Program-made: the position numbers and the translations under genes
Notes under the pieces: generated by a model
Databases searched by the model: none
Seen by the model: only the letters and a program-made list of their open reading frames with translations
What the model was told of the DNA's origin: nothing
In this document: piece by piece, positions 18,301 to 28,090 of the stretch
How positions within the stretch are numbered: position 1 is the stretch's first letter
Layout: each line of letters begins with the position of its first letter
Assembly (NCBI GenBank): GCA_902384455.1
Contig: CABMCB010000059.1
Span: 1-64,000, forward strand
Source: an uncultured archaeon
Lineage (GTDB): Archaea; Altiarchaeota; Altiarchaeia; IMC4; SCGC-AAA252-I15
DNA: 64,000 nucleotides
Reading direction: 5' to 3'

Positions 18301-20542
18301 CTGCAAGGAATCTCTTTTCTAGGTCCTCGTAGGTAGATTCATTCATGTGCTCGCCGTAGTGCGTGGCAAGTTCTGAGTGCAGCGGAGTCTGTTCACGCAT
18401 CAAGGTACGAACGTCGTCCGGAGACAACTGAGAGCGAACCGGAGGCGGTAGGTCATTCGGCAGCGGTCGTGCCGGTGCCTCGGTGATGCTTCCTAGAATT
18501 TTAGACGGGTGAGCCGCGTCCGCCGCGTTAATGGCAATCTGGTCTCTGGTCAAGTCTCCCGGAGCAATCGCTCGGCCCAGTCTCTCCGCAGTCTTGCTAG
18601 CGAACTCTCCGTGCAGCAAGCGGCTAAGCATGCCGAAAGGTCCGGCCTTCGCCGCTGCTACAGCGCCGATAACCGGTGCGCCTCTGTGAAGAATCTTAGC
18701 CGTGGCGGCACGAGCGCCTGTCTCTGCTGCCGTTCCGCGAACCTTCTGCGTTGAGCCGGAAAGCTTTCCTTCCATGGCGTCACGGACGTTGATAACCGCA
18801 GCCTGTAGTCTGCGAGCATCTGCCGTGCCCTGAACGCCTTGTTCTTCAAGTCCGCCGGATACTCCCTGTCGCAAACTGTCCACCAACGCAGACTTCGCCG
18901 CGTATTCCGGATTGTTTGCCAAGGCCGTTCGGTGGTCCCAAAACTTTTCTTTTCTGGTACCGCGAAGCTGGTCATTGAGACGCGTAATCAAGTCCTGCGC
19001 CTCTCCGATGGTCATATCCGTCAGATTGAAGTTCTCTATAGACGCTAGGCCTTTGTTGGTCCAGCCTGCTTCCATCTGGTTTGCAGGACCTAGAGCATCA
19101 GCAACGTCCTGAGTCGGGTTTGTAGTAATCGGCTGATTTCTGTGCGGCTCAGAAACTTCTCCGACGCGTCGGTCGATTCTGTCTTCCGCGTCGTTCAAGT
19201 ACTGATGCAACTCGGAAGCCTCCGTTACCGGAACCGCGCCGTGGTCTTCGGCAATCGCGCCCATTGCCATGTTGAACTGCTGAGAATCATAAGGCGCTCT
19301 TGAAGTCGGAGGAAATGCCTTCTTGAAGTGTGCTTCGGTCTGCTGAGAGGTTTCTGCACCGGGCTTTTCGCTCACCTTCTTTGATGTGCCCTGGATTCTG
19401 CGTGCAGTCTTGCGCATCTCAAGTCCAGCCTGGTCTCTGGTTTCCTTGATGTTGGCAAGTGCCTCTTGAGCCTTGGTCGCGTTCGCACGAGCGGCTGAAG
19501 CCTTCTCTTCCATTTCGATAACAGTCTGGCGAGGTGTCTGGCCCTTGGAGTTTAGCTGTCTCGAAATTGCTGCTTCCTGTTCTGCGGCCTGCGCCTGTCT
19601 CGACGCGTTCTCGAACTCACGGAGTCTGCCCGTGTAGTTTCTCTGTGCGTCGATGTAGGTGTTGGTCTGCGTTTCGAATGCATCGAGCATGTGAGAGTGC
19701 CCGACCATCTTTCCCGCAGAAACGATTCCGGCCACATTGCCAATCAGTTCCGCAGTGTCGTTGTCAGCGCCCATCTTCGTTGCGGCGCTGTACGCGACCT
19801 TGCTGGTCATTCCGGCGATTGCCATGAACGGCAGTGCTTCCGGCTGAGTAACGGCTGCTGGACCAAGAATCGTGCCGACTCCGCCGATGATTTCATTAGC
19901 GCCCTGAACCGGGTGCTCCGGAGCAATCATCGCTCCGTGTCCAATCATGGCCGGACCATACAACGGTCCGCCAATCAAGTGACCGGTCTCCGGAGAGACG
20001 CCGTAGGTCAAGCCTTTGGCACCGGCCTTGCGCATCAGCCAACCTACCCATGTCTGGTCGGTTCCGTTGTCAAGGTCGCCCTTTAGGTCTTCGAACCAGT
20101 TCGCCGCACCCGCACGAGAAATGCCTGTCGGGTCCGAGAATGCCGTAAAGACATCTCCGAAGCTTCCCTTCTGTCGAGGACCAATCGTGCCGTGCATCGC
20201 TGCGTTTGCTGCGGCTGTTTCATCCGCTGGCTTTGAAACGACGGTTCCGCCGAACTGCTTGAAGAAATCTTCCTGCGGTTTCTGCGGTGCCTGTTGTGGT
20301 TGCTGTGATTGCTGTGAATCCGGCTTTGAAACGACCTGTCCGCCGAACTGCGCAAAGAAATCTTTCGCAGGTGCCGGGGATTTCTCCGCAGCAGCCTGCT
20401 GGTTGTCTTCGCTGAACGGACCTAGCGCCTTGCCAGTCTTATCGTAAGCAACACCGTCTTCGACTTTTGTCGTCGTCGGATACTGTGTGGTGCTTCGGTC
20501 AAACTGTGCAGGTCCACTACCTTGCTGTTGTTCGTCAGTCAT
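15395..20542 (-). CDS. Large internal virion (ejection) / polyvalent protein
   Basis: 1715 aa at the end of the structural operon; HEIVH zincin, LYH...EGL ART-like and KVRNFYNNI/VTIDTHA motifs. Confidence 0.75.
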   Translation of the reverse strand: MTDEQQQGSGPAQFDRSTTQYPTTTKVEDGVAYDKTGKALGPFSEDNQQAAAEKSPAPAKDFFAQFGGQVVSKPDSQQSQQPQQAPQKPQEDFFKQFGGTVVSKPADETAAANAAMHGTIGPRQKGSFGDVFTAFSDPTGISRAGAANWFEDLKGDLDNGTDQTWVGWLMRKAGAKGLTYGVSPETGHLIGGPLYGPAMIGHGAMIAPEHPVQGANEIIGGVGTILGPAAVTQPEALPFMAIAGMTSKVAYSAATKMGADNDTAELIGNVAGIVSAGKMVGHSHMLDAFETQTNTYIDAQRNYTGRLREFENASRQAQAAEQEAAISRQLNSKGQTPRQTVIEMEEKASAARANATKAQEALANIKETRDQAGLEMRKTARRIQGTSKKVSEKPGAETSQQTEAHFKKAFPPTSRAPYDSQQFNMAMGAIAEDHGAVPVTEASELHQYLNDAEDRIDRRVGEVSEPHRNQPITTNPTQDVADALGPANQMEAGWTNKGLASIENFNLTDMTIGEAQDLITRLNDQLRGTRKEKFWDHRTALANNPEYAAKSALVDSLRQGVSGGLEEQGVQGTADARRLQAAVINVRDAMEGKLSGSTQKVRGTAAETGARAATAKILHRGAPVIGAVAAAKAGPFGMLSRLLHGEFASKTAERLGRAIAPGDLTRDQIAINAADAAHPSKILGSITEAPARPLPNDLPPPVRSQLSPDDVRTLMREQTPLHSELATHYGEHMNESTYEDLEKRFLADIGDKKDYGVALDASEKKILARMNEQNMTDAEIIRNANEKAAEREITNPTPQASLPKNAEGVLQAGALANGMSTPAAISHEIVHNVVGKKLGLPMMDEVWSHEHAGTKAHNADMLAPIDWKEYLDEEGNFDVKKIASKIDDIATTFVAGGVANDLWHDVPFTENKGLGADLKGLRRIMDTVGLSDADQSRTIAAATERARKILTADGWQDVIESHAAVREPGLASSHHVSEKRMNQIYEDLGIGGENEPKNSGKLAGNAGRTNEPAKGPGVGTGEAAKATAKEGVSGEQQKPAGNAKAAEGPNASTESVGPAGPKSVQPAISGSKPAEQPVDEYLYHAVDKSRVPKIQEEGLRAGSWFANSPEEAMRSGAVPISGNRSDLRVLRVPRSEFTAGTPDVADIGARGVQQGKYSVSATPNRAELVQPAPAGPQPALGIPPERTAGEHDEAIKSAGAIPGGVQKGFEYTDKVTGKTVQYPDTVLFHDPTSGTTLAPKAPDVTPEAVKQSLENSRAQYAAAKATKGPQPALATDRVSTRQPEGKNATENALEGDPLVVGREALMRAPEALQQKFADTVRKYPGVKIPKNIKDIGKVFDAFTDHVKDNLKFLYHDASPEKQVNNAKWYVSANKLAKGLSSEHGISEPQSAGVIATQSPQKDWDMNVSLARRITDIWKKQQDTVATPEMIAKAHDIIKKTGANEELKKMIPLFEGKKLSEVENPLAQAAWVRMYDEAHNPREFHYIDPGTGDNKGLRMNADGVTPSKVAWGRLPQIDNALSILKDGSRENISERLGSMHKVRNFYNNIIDPTNNMDVTIDTHAVAAGLIQPLGGSAKEVLHNFGAAGKHIGTGTMGTYPLYADAYRIAAKELGILPRELQSVVWEHVREMFPSEWKSPEAEAQVKKVWKKYSDGKASLEDTRQQVMQISEDAKQQVSDKRAETARKAAEKEQKRLDKEAKKKYTEAGIKALGSQQ

Positions 20543-20550
20543 TGTCTACC

Positions 20551-22962
20551 TTACTTGGTCTGTACTGCCACTGCGCCAGCTTGTAGCGCGGCGGGAACGT
20601 TGGCTTCCGGAACTGCTGCGATGTTTCCTGTCTTCGGGTCCTTCAGGTACTGCGTACCCTTCGGTGCCGGACCTAGTTTTGCGATGCGGTCTATCTCAGC
20701 CTTTGCCTGACCTGGTGTCTGTCCCAGTTCGTTCACGCTCTGGCTGTCGGTGATGCTGTCCGGGTTGATACCGAACTGGCGAAGGATGACCTTCGTGTTC
20801 GGCTGCAGCAATCCAGGGATAGCGTCCTTCGTTCCCATGATTGTCTGATATCGACCATTTATAGCGTAACCGCGACCCGCGACGATGTGAGCCATCGAGC
20901 GCATCGTGCTCTGCATTTCTGCAGGAGTCTGGTCTCTGTTAATCAATCCGGCTAGACGTGTTTCCTCTTCTGTCGGAGGTACGTGACCGTTGTTGATGAA
21001 GTTTAGATATTCACTCTTCACGGCCTCGGCCTTAATCATGAAAGCGTTCGCTTCTTCAAAGCCGACCGCGCCCTTCTTGATTGAGTTAATGGCCTTGTTC
21101 GCTAGAGGGAATTGGCTGTTGCGCAAACCTTGGATGTCCACGTTCGCGGAAGCCAAGTGCAGACCAAATCTGTTCAGAGACTCAACCTGTCCGCCCATGC
21201 TGTTAGACTTGTCCGAAGCCAGTTCCTGCTGCATGCTGTATCGCTGCTTGTACTGTGCTTCTGACCAGTTCGGGTCACGTCGGCCTAGCTCCGCGATGAA
21301 CGCAGCCTTCTGGTTCTTGCGCATCGTGTATAGCTTGTCCGGGTCCAGCTTGTACGCAGACGCCATTGAGACTAGCTGAGGAACGTCATCCATGTCGAGA
21401 GCGTTCTGCTGAGCCAGCTTTTGCTTTTCTTTTTCAGCATCATAGTCCAAGCTTGCCTTTGCCGCAGCAGCCGCCTGGTTCTTCATGTAGCGAAGTCTCG
21501 GCAGGTTGCCCGGGTCGGTTGCCGGGTCGGCAATCATGGCGTCGATGTTCTTCTCCATCGCAGCGGCCTCTTCACCGTGCGCGGAATCAACCTTCTTCTG
21601 CATGTCGATAATCAAGTTGCCGCCTGCTTCAATCTTGTCCTGGTACTTCTGAAGCATCTTATCGTAAGAACCCTTGCCGCCTGCAGCATCGACCCATTGA
21701 CGGATGTCGTTGTCCAGGTTTGGATACTTCTGAACGATGTTCGGGTCCTTGAGCATGGCATCACGAGCCTTCATGATGTCGCCGTTCGGAGCGTGTGAAA
21801 GAGCGTTGACCATTTCAGGCGTTGCCTGAAAGTCCAACGATTCTCTCGTGCGCTTGATTTCATTTTCCTTGACGCCTGCCTCGACCAATCCTGCATCGCG
21901 TGCTAGGTTCATGGCGCGGGTGTCCGCAGCGTGCTGCATCGCTAGATTGAACTCGGTGCCGGTGAACGTTTGTGGTCCGCCGTCTCCCCACTTACCGCCG
22001 TTCTTCGGTGGATTGTAGGTGTTCAGTTCATCCAGGATAGCTTTCTGCTTCGGGTCAGTCGGGTCCAGTTTGACGTCTGGCGGCACGCCCATCAGGGTGT
22101 ACGTCATGCGTCGAATTGGGTTTCCGTTCTTATCCGTACCGATGACTTTCATTCCGTCCGGAATTGCAGTCTCTTTAGCCGGGTCCATCTTCTTGTCCTT
22201 GATGAAAGTTGTAATTTCATCAGAGGTCAAAGACTTTCCAAGAACCGGTGCAGGAGATGGCTGCGTGCGGTACATTTCAATCTGTCGCTGTCCTGATGCG
22301 ACGGATTCGTTCTGTGCATCCACGTCCATCTTGTGGATAAGACGCTGTTCATGCATCATGCGGACGTTGGCTTCCGCCATCATCGTAGCTTCCTTCTGCT
22401 CGCGAGCAAGACGCTCGTTGCGTGCGCCTAGCGTACGAAGTGCACCGGATAGAGCGCCGCCTCCCTTGGGAACTGGTGCGGTTGCAGCAGCCGCGTCACC
22501 AAGGCCTGAAGCGATACCGCGAGAGATATTCTCTCCCGGTGTCAAAGGCTTCGGTTGTGCCGGTGTGGTGTCGTCAGACGGTTGCTGTCCGCCGCCGAGC
22601 GCTTGAATGCCGCCAGCAACGATAGCTCGCAGAACTCCGCCCGGTTGCGCAGCAGCCTGCGGGTTCTCCGCGATTGTCTGCGTGACAGCGTTCGCGATAG
22701 ACGTTACGTGCGGAGACTTCATCAGTCCGGCGCGGAACGCAGCAAGCTTGTTCCCGTGCACGTCGCCTATCGTGGTGCGCGTCGGGTCCGGTCGCGGCTC
22801 GTTGACCATGTTCGGAACGTCAGACTGGTCATCGTTGGCCGGTCGCGTAGCCGAGTCCTGCGCAGTTGGTTGAGGTTGTGCCATAGGAGCGAGAATCGGG
22901 TTGTTCGGATTCTGTCCTTGCAACATCGCTAGAGTTCCTGGTAGCGCCTTCGGGTCCATCAT
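20551..22962 (-). CDS. Putative internal virion/ejection protein
   Basis: 803 aa, helical, Ala/Gln-rich; position in podovirus gene order. Confidence 0.6.
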   Translation of the reverse strand: MMDPKALPGTLAMLQGQNPNNPILAPMAQPQPTAQDSATRPANDDQSDVPNMVNEPRPDPTRTTIGDVHGNKLAAFRAGLMKSPHVTSIANAVTQTIAENPQAAAQPGGVLRAIVAGGIQALGGGQQPSDDTTPAQPKPLTPGENISRGIASGLGDAAAATAPVPKGGGALSGALRTLGARNERLAREQKEATMMAEANVRMMHEQRLIHKMDVDAQNESVASGQRQIEMYRTQPSPAPVLGKSLTSDEITTFIKDKKMDPAKETAIPDGMKVIGTDKNGNPIRRMTYTLMGVPPDVKLDPTDPKQKAILDELNTYNPPKNGGKWGDGGPQTFTGTEFNLAMQHAADTRAMNLARDAGLVEAGVKENEIKRTRESLDFQATPEMVNALSHAPNGDIMKARDAMLKDPNIVQKYPNLDNDIRQWVDAAGGKGSYDKMLQKYQDKIEAGGNLIIDMQKKVDSAHGEEAAAMEKNIDAMIADPATDPGNLPRLRYMKNQAAAAAKASLDYDAEKEKQKLAQQNALDMDDVPQLVSMASAYKLDPDKLYTMRKNQKAAFIAELGRRDPNWSEAQYKQRYSMQQELASDKSNSMGGQVESLNRFGLHLASANVDIQGLRNSQFPLANKAINSIKKGAVGFEEANAFMIKAEAVKSEYLNFINNGHVPPTEEETRLAGLINRDQTPAEMQSTMRSMAHIVAGRGYAINGRYQTIMGTKDAIPGLLQPNTKVILRQFGINPDSITDSQSVNELGQTPGQAKAEIDRIAKLGPAPKGTQYLKDPKTGNIAAVPEANVPAALQAGAVAVQTK

Positions 22963-23003
22963 ATTCTCCGTTTACTCTTATACGTTGGTTGGGGCAGGTG
23001 GCT

Positions 23004-23624
23004 TCATAAGGCCTTGAATACCTGTCCGCCCGGTAGGAAGTTCATTCCCAAACCGACGGCACCACCGACGATATCTGACATCATCTGATTCTTTTCTTGG
23101 CTGATTTCGCTCTGCATCTTGAACGATGCCTCGTTCGCTGAGGATGCTTGTGCGCCGTAAGCCGTTGGGTTGTAGTCTCGACCAAGTGCTTCAAGACCTG
23201 CAGTAGCTTGCGTCCAGTTCTGGCGACCTTGTGCGTAGTTCGCTAGAGTGATGTTCTGCTGCTGCTTTGAACTTTCTGCCGCTGCGGCTGACGCAAGAGA
23301 GCCGGTCAAGGCTGCTCGTGCTCCGGTCGGCAGCATTTCGCTACCGCCGCCGCGTGCCGCCAGCGTGTTGTTCAAGGCAAGGCTTGCCTTTGAATAATTT
23401 GCCGCAACGCCCTCGCGTGCGCCCGTGCTCAACGCCGCCAGTTCGTTCGCTCCGAAGCCCTGCTGGTCAGGGCCAGCTTGAGCAATCGGCATAAACATGC
23501 TGCGCAGGCTACTCAAGACTCCGGACTGTTCGCCAAATCTCTGTCCGTAGTTCGCCGCCATGGTGGTAGCAAGAGAAGACTGTGCTCCTGCTGCCGCTGT
23601 TTCACCGCCACTAGGTCCGCACAT
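23004..23624 (-). CDS. Putative small ejection protein
   Basis: MCGPSG start, Ala/Gly/Gln-rich, C-terminal GGAVGLG segment. Confidence 0.6.
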   Translation of the reverse strand: MCGPSGGETAAAGAQSSLATTMAANYGQRFGEQSGVLSSLRSMFMPIAQAGPDQQGFGANELAALSTGAREGVAANYSKASLALNNTLAARGGGSEMLPTGARAALTGSLASAAAAESSKQQQNITLANYAQGRQNWTQATAGLEALGRDYNPTAYGAQASSANEASFKMQSEISQEKNQMMSDIVGGAVGLGMNFLPGGQVFKAL

Positions 23625-24037
23625 TAATCTACCTCGAAGGTCTTGATGTAATCATCATTACCCGTTGGAACGAATGCAAACTGCCTCTGCATAAAACTGA
23701 TGAGAGGTTCACTGACTGATTTGTAGACCAGTCCTTTCAAGCCCTGCTCTTTCGCGTAGTGTTCCATGATTGGGACCGCCCAAATCAGAGACTTCGCTGA
23801 ACGAATCTTGCTCACTTCGGACTCCGGCGCAAACTGGCAGTGCATCCTTAGCAGTTCGCCATCCTTGTCCATTCTCGCGTACATTGTTGGGCCTTCTGAG
23901 TCCGATACGCAAAAACTCAGTAGACCGTTTCCGGTTAGCCACCAGAGCGGGTCCAGACAATCCTTGTGGTAAGGGTCGTTCTGAATCCACTCTGTTAGCT
24001 GTTCGACATCCTGTTGAATCGTTTCTGTGATGTTCAT
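23624..24037 (-). CDS. GNAT-like virion-associated protein
   Basis: Precedes the ejection proteins; ...LISFMQRQFAF... C-terminal pattern. Confidence 0.45.
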   Translation of the reverse strand: MNITETIQQDVEQLTEWIQNDPYHKDCLDPLWWLTGNGLLSFCVSDSEGPTMYARMDKDGELLRMHCQFAPESEVSKIRSAKSLIWAVPIMEHYAKEQGLKGLVYKSVSEPLISFMQRQFAFVPTGNDDYIKTFEVD

Positions 24038-24038
24038 G

Positions 24039-24350
24039 TTAGAACGGATACGTCTGTCCTGTCTGAGCGCCGCCGGTATTCGGAACCGGATACAACTGTC
24101 CCTGGTACGGCTGGCTCAAGCTGTTAATCCAAACTTCTCTTGGAAGAATCCAAACGTTCTTCATCCACGTTGGGAACGGATAGCTGCGGTGCATGCTGTT
24201 CAATATGTTGAACGCTGGCGGCGGAGTCGTCACGAACGCGAGCACCGGTTGAAAGTCACCTATGTAGGTGAAGTTCGATTCTAGCGCACCGACTGCCGTC
24301 AAGTAGCTTCCGTTTGTGTCTCCCTGCCCCTGGCCGAATGTAGCTGCCAT
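24039..24350 (-). CDS. Hypothetical virion protein
   Basis: Tightly packed in the structural operon. Confidence 0.6.
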   Translation of the reverse strand: MAATFGQGQGDTNGSYLTAVGALESNFTYIGDFQPVLAFVTTPPPAFNILNSMHRSYPFPTWMKNVWILPREVWINSLSQPYQGQLYPVPNTGGAQTGQTYPF

Positions 24351-25925
24351 TTATTCCCACCTTATACCGGCTGCTCCGGTGGTTTGCACAACCGGGTCAG
24401 TTCGTTGAAAGTTTCTAGACATCAAGAACGTGTGAATCGCTCCATACATATACGCCGATTGCAACGTGCCTTCTGCCGTGTCGTTCTGCTTCATGAAGAC
24501 GCAACCCAACAACGGGCTTGCTAGATATCCCGGGGGATTTGGAAACACCGGAAGAACCGGTGCCATTCCGTTATACGCCAGAGTGCTTCCGGTTGCCGCT
24601 ACCGTGCACCATCCTATGTTAAGCTGCTGAGCACCGGCGGGGATTACTCCACCGTTTCCCGGTTTGAACAATAATTGCTGGCCGCTCGTGTTCTGGCCGT
24701 TCGTCGCAAAGCATACAGTGGTGAACGAGTCGATGCTGGTTCCGAAGTTATCCTTGGCTCTGTCGAGTACAAGGATGCAGGCTCCGTTTCCGTTTGGTCT
24801 CCATAGCATCATGGACAAACTTCCGCCTGCAACATCCACGCAGAAATTGCTCTCATACAACGTCGGACCGCCGGGGTTGTTCGATGACGTGACGATGGTT
24901 TCTTGATATACCGCTGCCGAAGAGAATGTGTTCCCCGTCGGCCAAGCGTTACTGAATGAAGTTGAAATTATGAAGTTGATGTTCGGAATCAACAACGAGT
25001 TGGTCGCGTAAACGAATCTCATCAGTATCGGACTCGTAGCCGCCGAAGCATCAGTCATCTGCCAGACTTCGTAGTTGTATGGTGTCCAATGAACCAAGTC
25101 TAAACTTGGTATGGTGTTTTCTGTTGCAAATGCGCTCGCCTGGTTGGTCGTGACTCCGCTGGCGTTCGCCACGCCTAGCATGCCGACCGAGGTCAACGAG
25201 TTTGTGTTGTGAGAAGCTAGAACCGTGAACGTTCCGTTGTCAGCAGCGTTGCCGCCGCCGAATCCGGTCATCGTATAGCTGTGGTTGATTACGCCGTTGC
25301 TTGCCCAGGTTGCGACCGTCGCGTTAGCAAAATATCCGGTGTTGTTCGCAGAACTTGTTGCAGTTCCCGCAGCGGTGACCGCTGTTCCGAACGCGTTCGA
25401 TAGCGTCAAGACTGTCACCGTGCTGGTCAAGCAGATGAATGTTCCGTTGTTGTTGGCGTTCGCAAAGCCTGTGATTACGAACACAAACCCCGCGAACGCG
25501 TTAGCCGCTCCGCCCGTGATGGTTCCGGTGTAGCCGGTAGAGCCGCCAGACGCTGCGGCCACAGCAGACAGAGTCAATGTCTGCGCAGTGTTTTGAATGA
25601 CTGTGGTCGTTGCAGCCAATGCCTGCTGCGTTGACAAGATGCAAGCGAACGTCAGTCCGCCGTTTGTAACCGCTTGAACGTTTCCAATTGAAGCAACAGA
25701 AAGTCCGGTATACGCCGTTCCGCCGACCCACGCTCCATTGAACGTAAAGTTATTGGCTTGCGGTATGCGCTGCGGAACCGTAACAACGTTGGCCCAGGTG
25801 ACCTGGCCCGGGTCCGAAGACTTAGTCCAGCCTAGCGCAGTAAGCGCCGTGCCGATTCCCTGCGCCCACTGCTTGTAGTTGGCTACCGTGCTACAGTCGT
25901 ATGTCAGAAACGTTTGATACTTCAT
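24351..25925 (-). CDS. Tail/receptor-binding protein, paralog 3
   Basis: Shared N-terminal WAQG...DPGQVTW and C-terminal PVFP...YG...RWE; two TGF...NGTF inserts. Confidence 0.65.
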   Translation of the reverse strand: MKYQTFLTYDCSTVANYKQWAQGIGTALTALGWTKSSDPGQVTWANVVTVPQRIPQANNFTFNGAWVGGTAYTGLSVASIGNVQAVTNGGLTFACILSTQQALAATTTVIQNTAQTLTLSAVAAASGGSTGYTGTITGGAANAFAGFVFVITGFANANNNGTFICLTSTVTVLTLSNAFGTAVTAAGTATSSANNTGYFANATVATWASNGVINHSYTMTGFGGGNAADNGTFTVLASHNTNSLTSVGMLGVANASGVTTNQASAFATENTIPSLDLVHWTPYNYEVWQMTDASAATSPILMRFVYATNSLLIPNINFIISTSFSNAWPTGNTFSSAAVYQETIVTSSNNPGGPTLYESNFCVDVAGGSLSMMLWRPNGNGACILVLDRAKDNFGTSIDSFTTVCFATNGQNTSGQQLLFKPGNGGVIPAGAQQLNIGWCTVAATGSTLAYNGMAPVLPVFPNPPGYLASPLLGCVFMKQNDTAEGTLQSAYMYGAIHTFLMSRNFQRTDPVVQTTGAAGIRWE

Positions 25926-25926
25926 C

Positions 25927-26871
25927 TTACTCCCATCTCATGATTGGTCTTGATTCCGCACCAGGTATCTGCGGATTGAATCCGTGCGCCCACAATCCGC
26001 CAGTGCAAAACAAAAATGTTCTAGTCTGTCCGTAGAAACCAAACTGCATCGGAATCGACGGCATTCGGTCAACCTGAGCCGGTCCGCCATCAACACCCTG
26101 AAGGCACGCCAACAACGACAGCGGATTTCCACACCAGCCCACGAGTGGAAAAATTGGAAGAAGGAGAGCCTGTCCGGCCACAGCCAATCCCTGATAGATA
26201 GAACTCGTTCCGCCGAGCATACCGGCACTACCTAGCGTACAGATGTTCGTCATGTTCGTTCCAAGTATTTGTGCTCCGGTAAGGAACAGACTTACCTGGT
26301 TCGCAAATCCGTTGGTTCCGACACCGCTAGCCGCTCCGCCGATTACCAGCGTCACGTACTGGTTGTTGTAAACCGGCGATGCGGTCACCGTGCCTGAAAT
26401 GCTTCTCTCAACACAGGCGAGACTTGGAAAGCCAGAGCCTGACCATATCATCGCAACAAATCCGGCTCCGTTTCCGGGGCCGGAGAAGAACAGAGGATAC
26501 AGAGTGGTTCCGCCTTCTTGCGCGATAGAACCGCCACTCGTAAGGTTGAAGCTGGAAGTAGCGTTCACAAGTGTGCCGCTTCCGTCCGAACTGCGGCCAA
26601 CCTGAACGCTCAAACCGGGAGCGCCGCCTGCGACACCACCACCGGCTGAATAGCTCCACTTGACAACATAAGAAGTCAAACCGTCGTTGCTCTGCCACAA
26701 GTCGAACACGACCACGGAAGGAACTGCAACCATGGTGTTCCAGTTTACCTGACCGGTGTCTGCGGTTTGAACGTAACCGAGCGCAGCCATCGCTGTGCTG
26801 ATGCCTTGGCCCCAGGCTTTGAACTGCGCCACGGTCGTCGTGTTGTACTGAGCGTATTTGGTTATTCTCAT
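25927..26871 (-). CDS. Tail/receptor-binding protein, paralog 2
   Basis: FKAWGQG...DTGQVNW; PIFP...YGQTRTF...MRWE. Confidence 0.65.
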   Translation of the reverse strand: MRITKYAQYNTTTVAQFKAWGQGISTAMAALGYVQTADTGQVNWNTMVAVPSVVVFDLWQSNDGLTSYVVKWSYSAGGGVAGGAPGLSVQVGRSSDGSGTLVNATSSFNLTSGGSIAQEGGTTLYPLFFSGPGNGAGFVAMIWSGSGFPSLACVERSISGTVTASPVYNNQYVTLVIGGAASGVGTNGFANQVSLFLTGAQILGTNMTNICTLGSAGMLGGTSSIYQGLAVAGQALLLPIFPLVGWCGNPLSLLACLQGVDGGPAQVDRMPSIPMQFGFYGQTRTFLFCTGGLWAHGFNPQIPGAESRPIMRWE

Positions 26872-26875
26872 CTTC

Positions 26876-28090
26876 TTATTCGAATAGCATGACGGGGTAG
26901 CTAAACGGTTGGTTTAAAGAGCCGTTCTGCCACCCTTGGCACGCCGTTGACGCTTGTGTCGTCACGTATGTGTGAGTTTGCCCATACACCGTCGCCGTGG
27001 TTGTGCTGCCTTCGTTAATACCGCCGGGAACATCTCCCGATGCCATTCCGGCGAATATGGTGCACGGATTATCCAGTGGCGCGACAGTCGGAAACAAAGG
27101 AAACAATGGAGTGTTCCCAGTCGAAGGGGGGATTCTGATGGTTGCTCCGCTTGCCACGGCGGCAGTCATGACAGCGAATGCACAACCTATTCGTACGGCG
27201 TAAGGAATGCTTCCGCTTAAAAATATGCTGTGCGTCCTAGTCGCGCTGAACCCTGAGTTCGATTGCGGAGTCGTGTTGGTTCCGTGGCTTCCGCAAATCG
27301 TTGTGATGTAGCTTCCTCCATACGTCGGAGGCGCTGTCGGTGCCGTGATGTTTCTCTCGACTCCGAAGTACATCATTTCTGGTGTTCCGGAGGCAATGGC
27401 TCGAAACATCATGAATCCCCAGTTTGCAACTGTTGGGTGATTGTACAAGTTGTAAGCCGCCTGAGAGTTCACTCCTATACCGGGACCGGAACTATAGTTC
27501 AGCCACTCGATAAATCCTGAGCCTAGGGTTGAACCGGTTATGCCGAGTATGTTTCCGAATCCGTCCGAGCCTGTTCCGAACTGAAGACGCAAGCAGGGAA
27601 GGTTCTGGTCGGTGTTTCCATAGTCTATTCTGAAGTAGTACGACAACAATCCGTCATTGCTCTTGTAGACTTCGTACGCACTCGGGTTAACCGGAATCAT
27701 TACCGCGCCGTCCGCAGTGCCGCCGTCCGTATTTTGAAAGTTGGCTACCCATACTAATGATGTGGCAGTCGAACCTGCGGACACCGTGAACGGTCCACCG
27801 TTAAGCCGTCCGCCGTACACAACGCTGCTCTGAATGTTGAACGTGTTTCCGGCCACAAAAGCACTCGCGGTTGTGGTTCCCGTGACGATGTTTCCAGCCA
27901 TCGCGATAGAGCTAGAAATGCATCCGAGAGGCGGAACCGCTGCAATCGTTGACCAGTTGACCTGTCCCGCGTCCGCAGTCTGCGTCAGCGTGGGCATCGT
28001 CAAGAAGAAGTTCGATAGAACTTGTGCCCAGGCTTTGAAGTGCGCCAGGGTGTCGCCAATCATTGCAACTGTTCCGGAAACTGCCGTCAT
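26876..28090 (-). CDS. Tail/receptor-binding protein, paralog 1
   Basis: FKAWAQ...DAGQVNW; PLFP...YGQTHTY...MLFE. Confidence 0.65.
   Translation of the reverse strand: MTAVSGTVAMIGDTLAHFKAWAQVLSNFFLTMPTLTQTADAGQVNWSTIAAVPPLGCISSSIAMAGNIVTGTTTASAFVAGNTFNIQSSVVYGGRLNGGPFTVSAGSTATSLVWVANFQNTDGGTADGAVMIPVNPSAYEVYKSNDGLLSYYFRIDYGNTDQNLPCLRLQFGTGSDGFGNILGITGSTLGSGFIEWLNYSSGPGIGVNSQAAYNLYNHPTVANWGFMMFRAIASGTPEMMYFGVERNITAPTAPPTYGGSYITTICGSHGTNTTPQSNSGFSATRTHSIFLSGSIPYAVRIGCAFAVMTAAVASGATIRIPPSTGNTPLFPLFPTVAPLDNPCTIFAGMASGDVPGGINEGSTTTATVYGQTHTYVTTQASTACQGWQNGSLNQPFSYPVMLFE

Noticed and set aside
24351-28090. Diversity-generating retroelement or invertible tail cassette
   Set aside because: No reverse transcriptase, no near-identical TR/VR pair and no inverted gene copies; similarity is at the protein level only.
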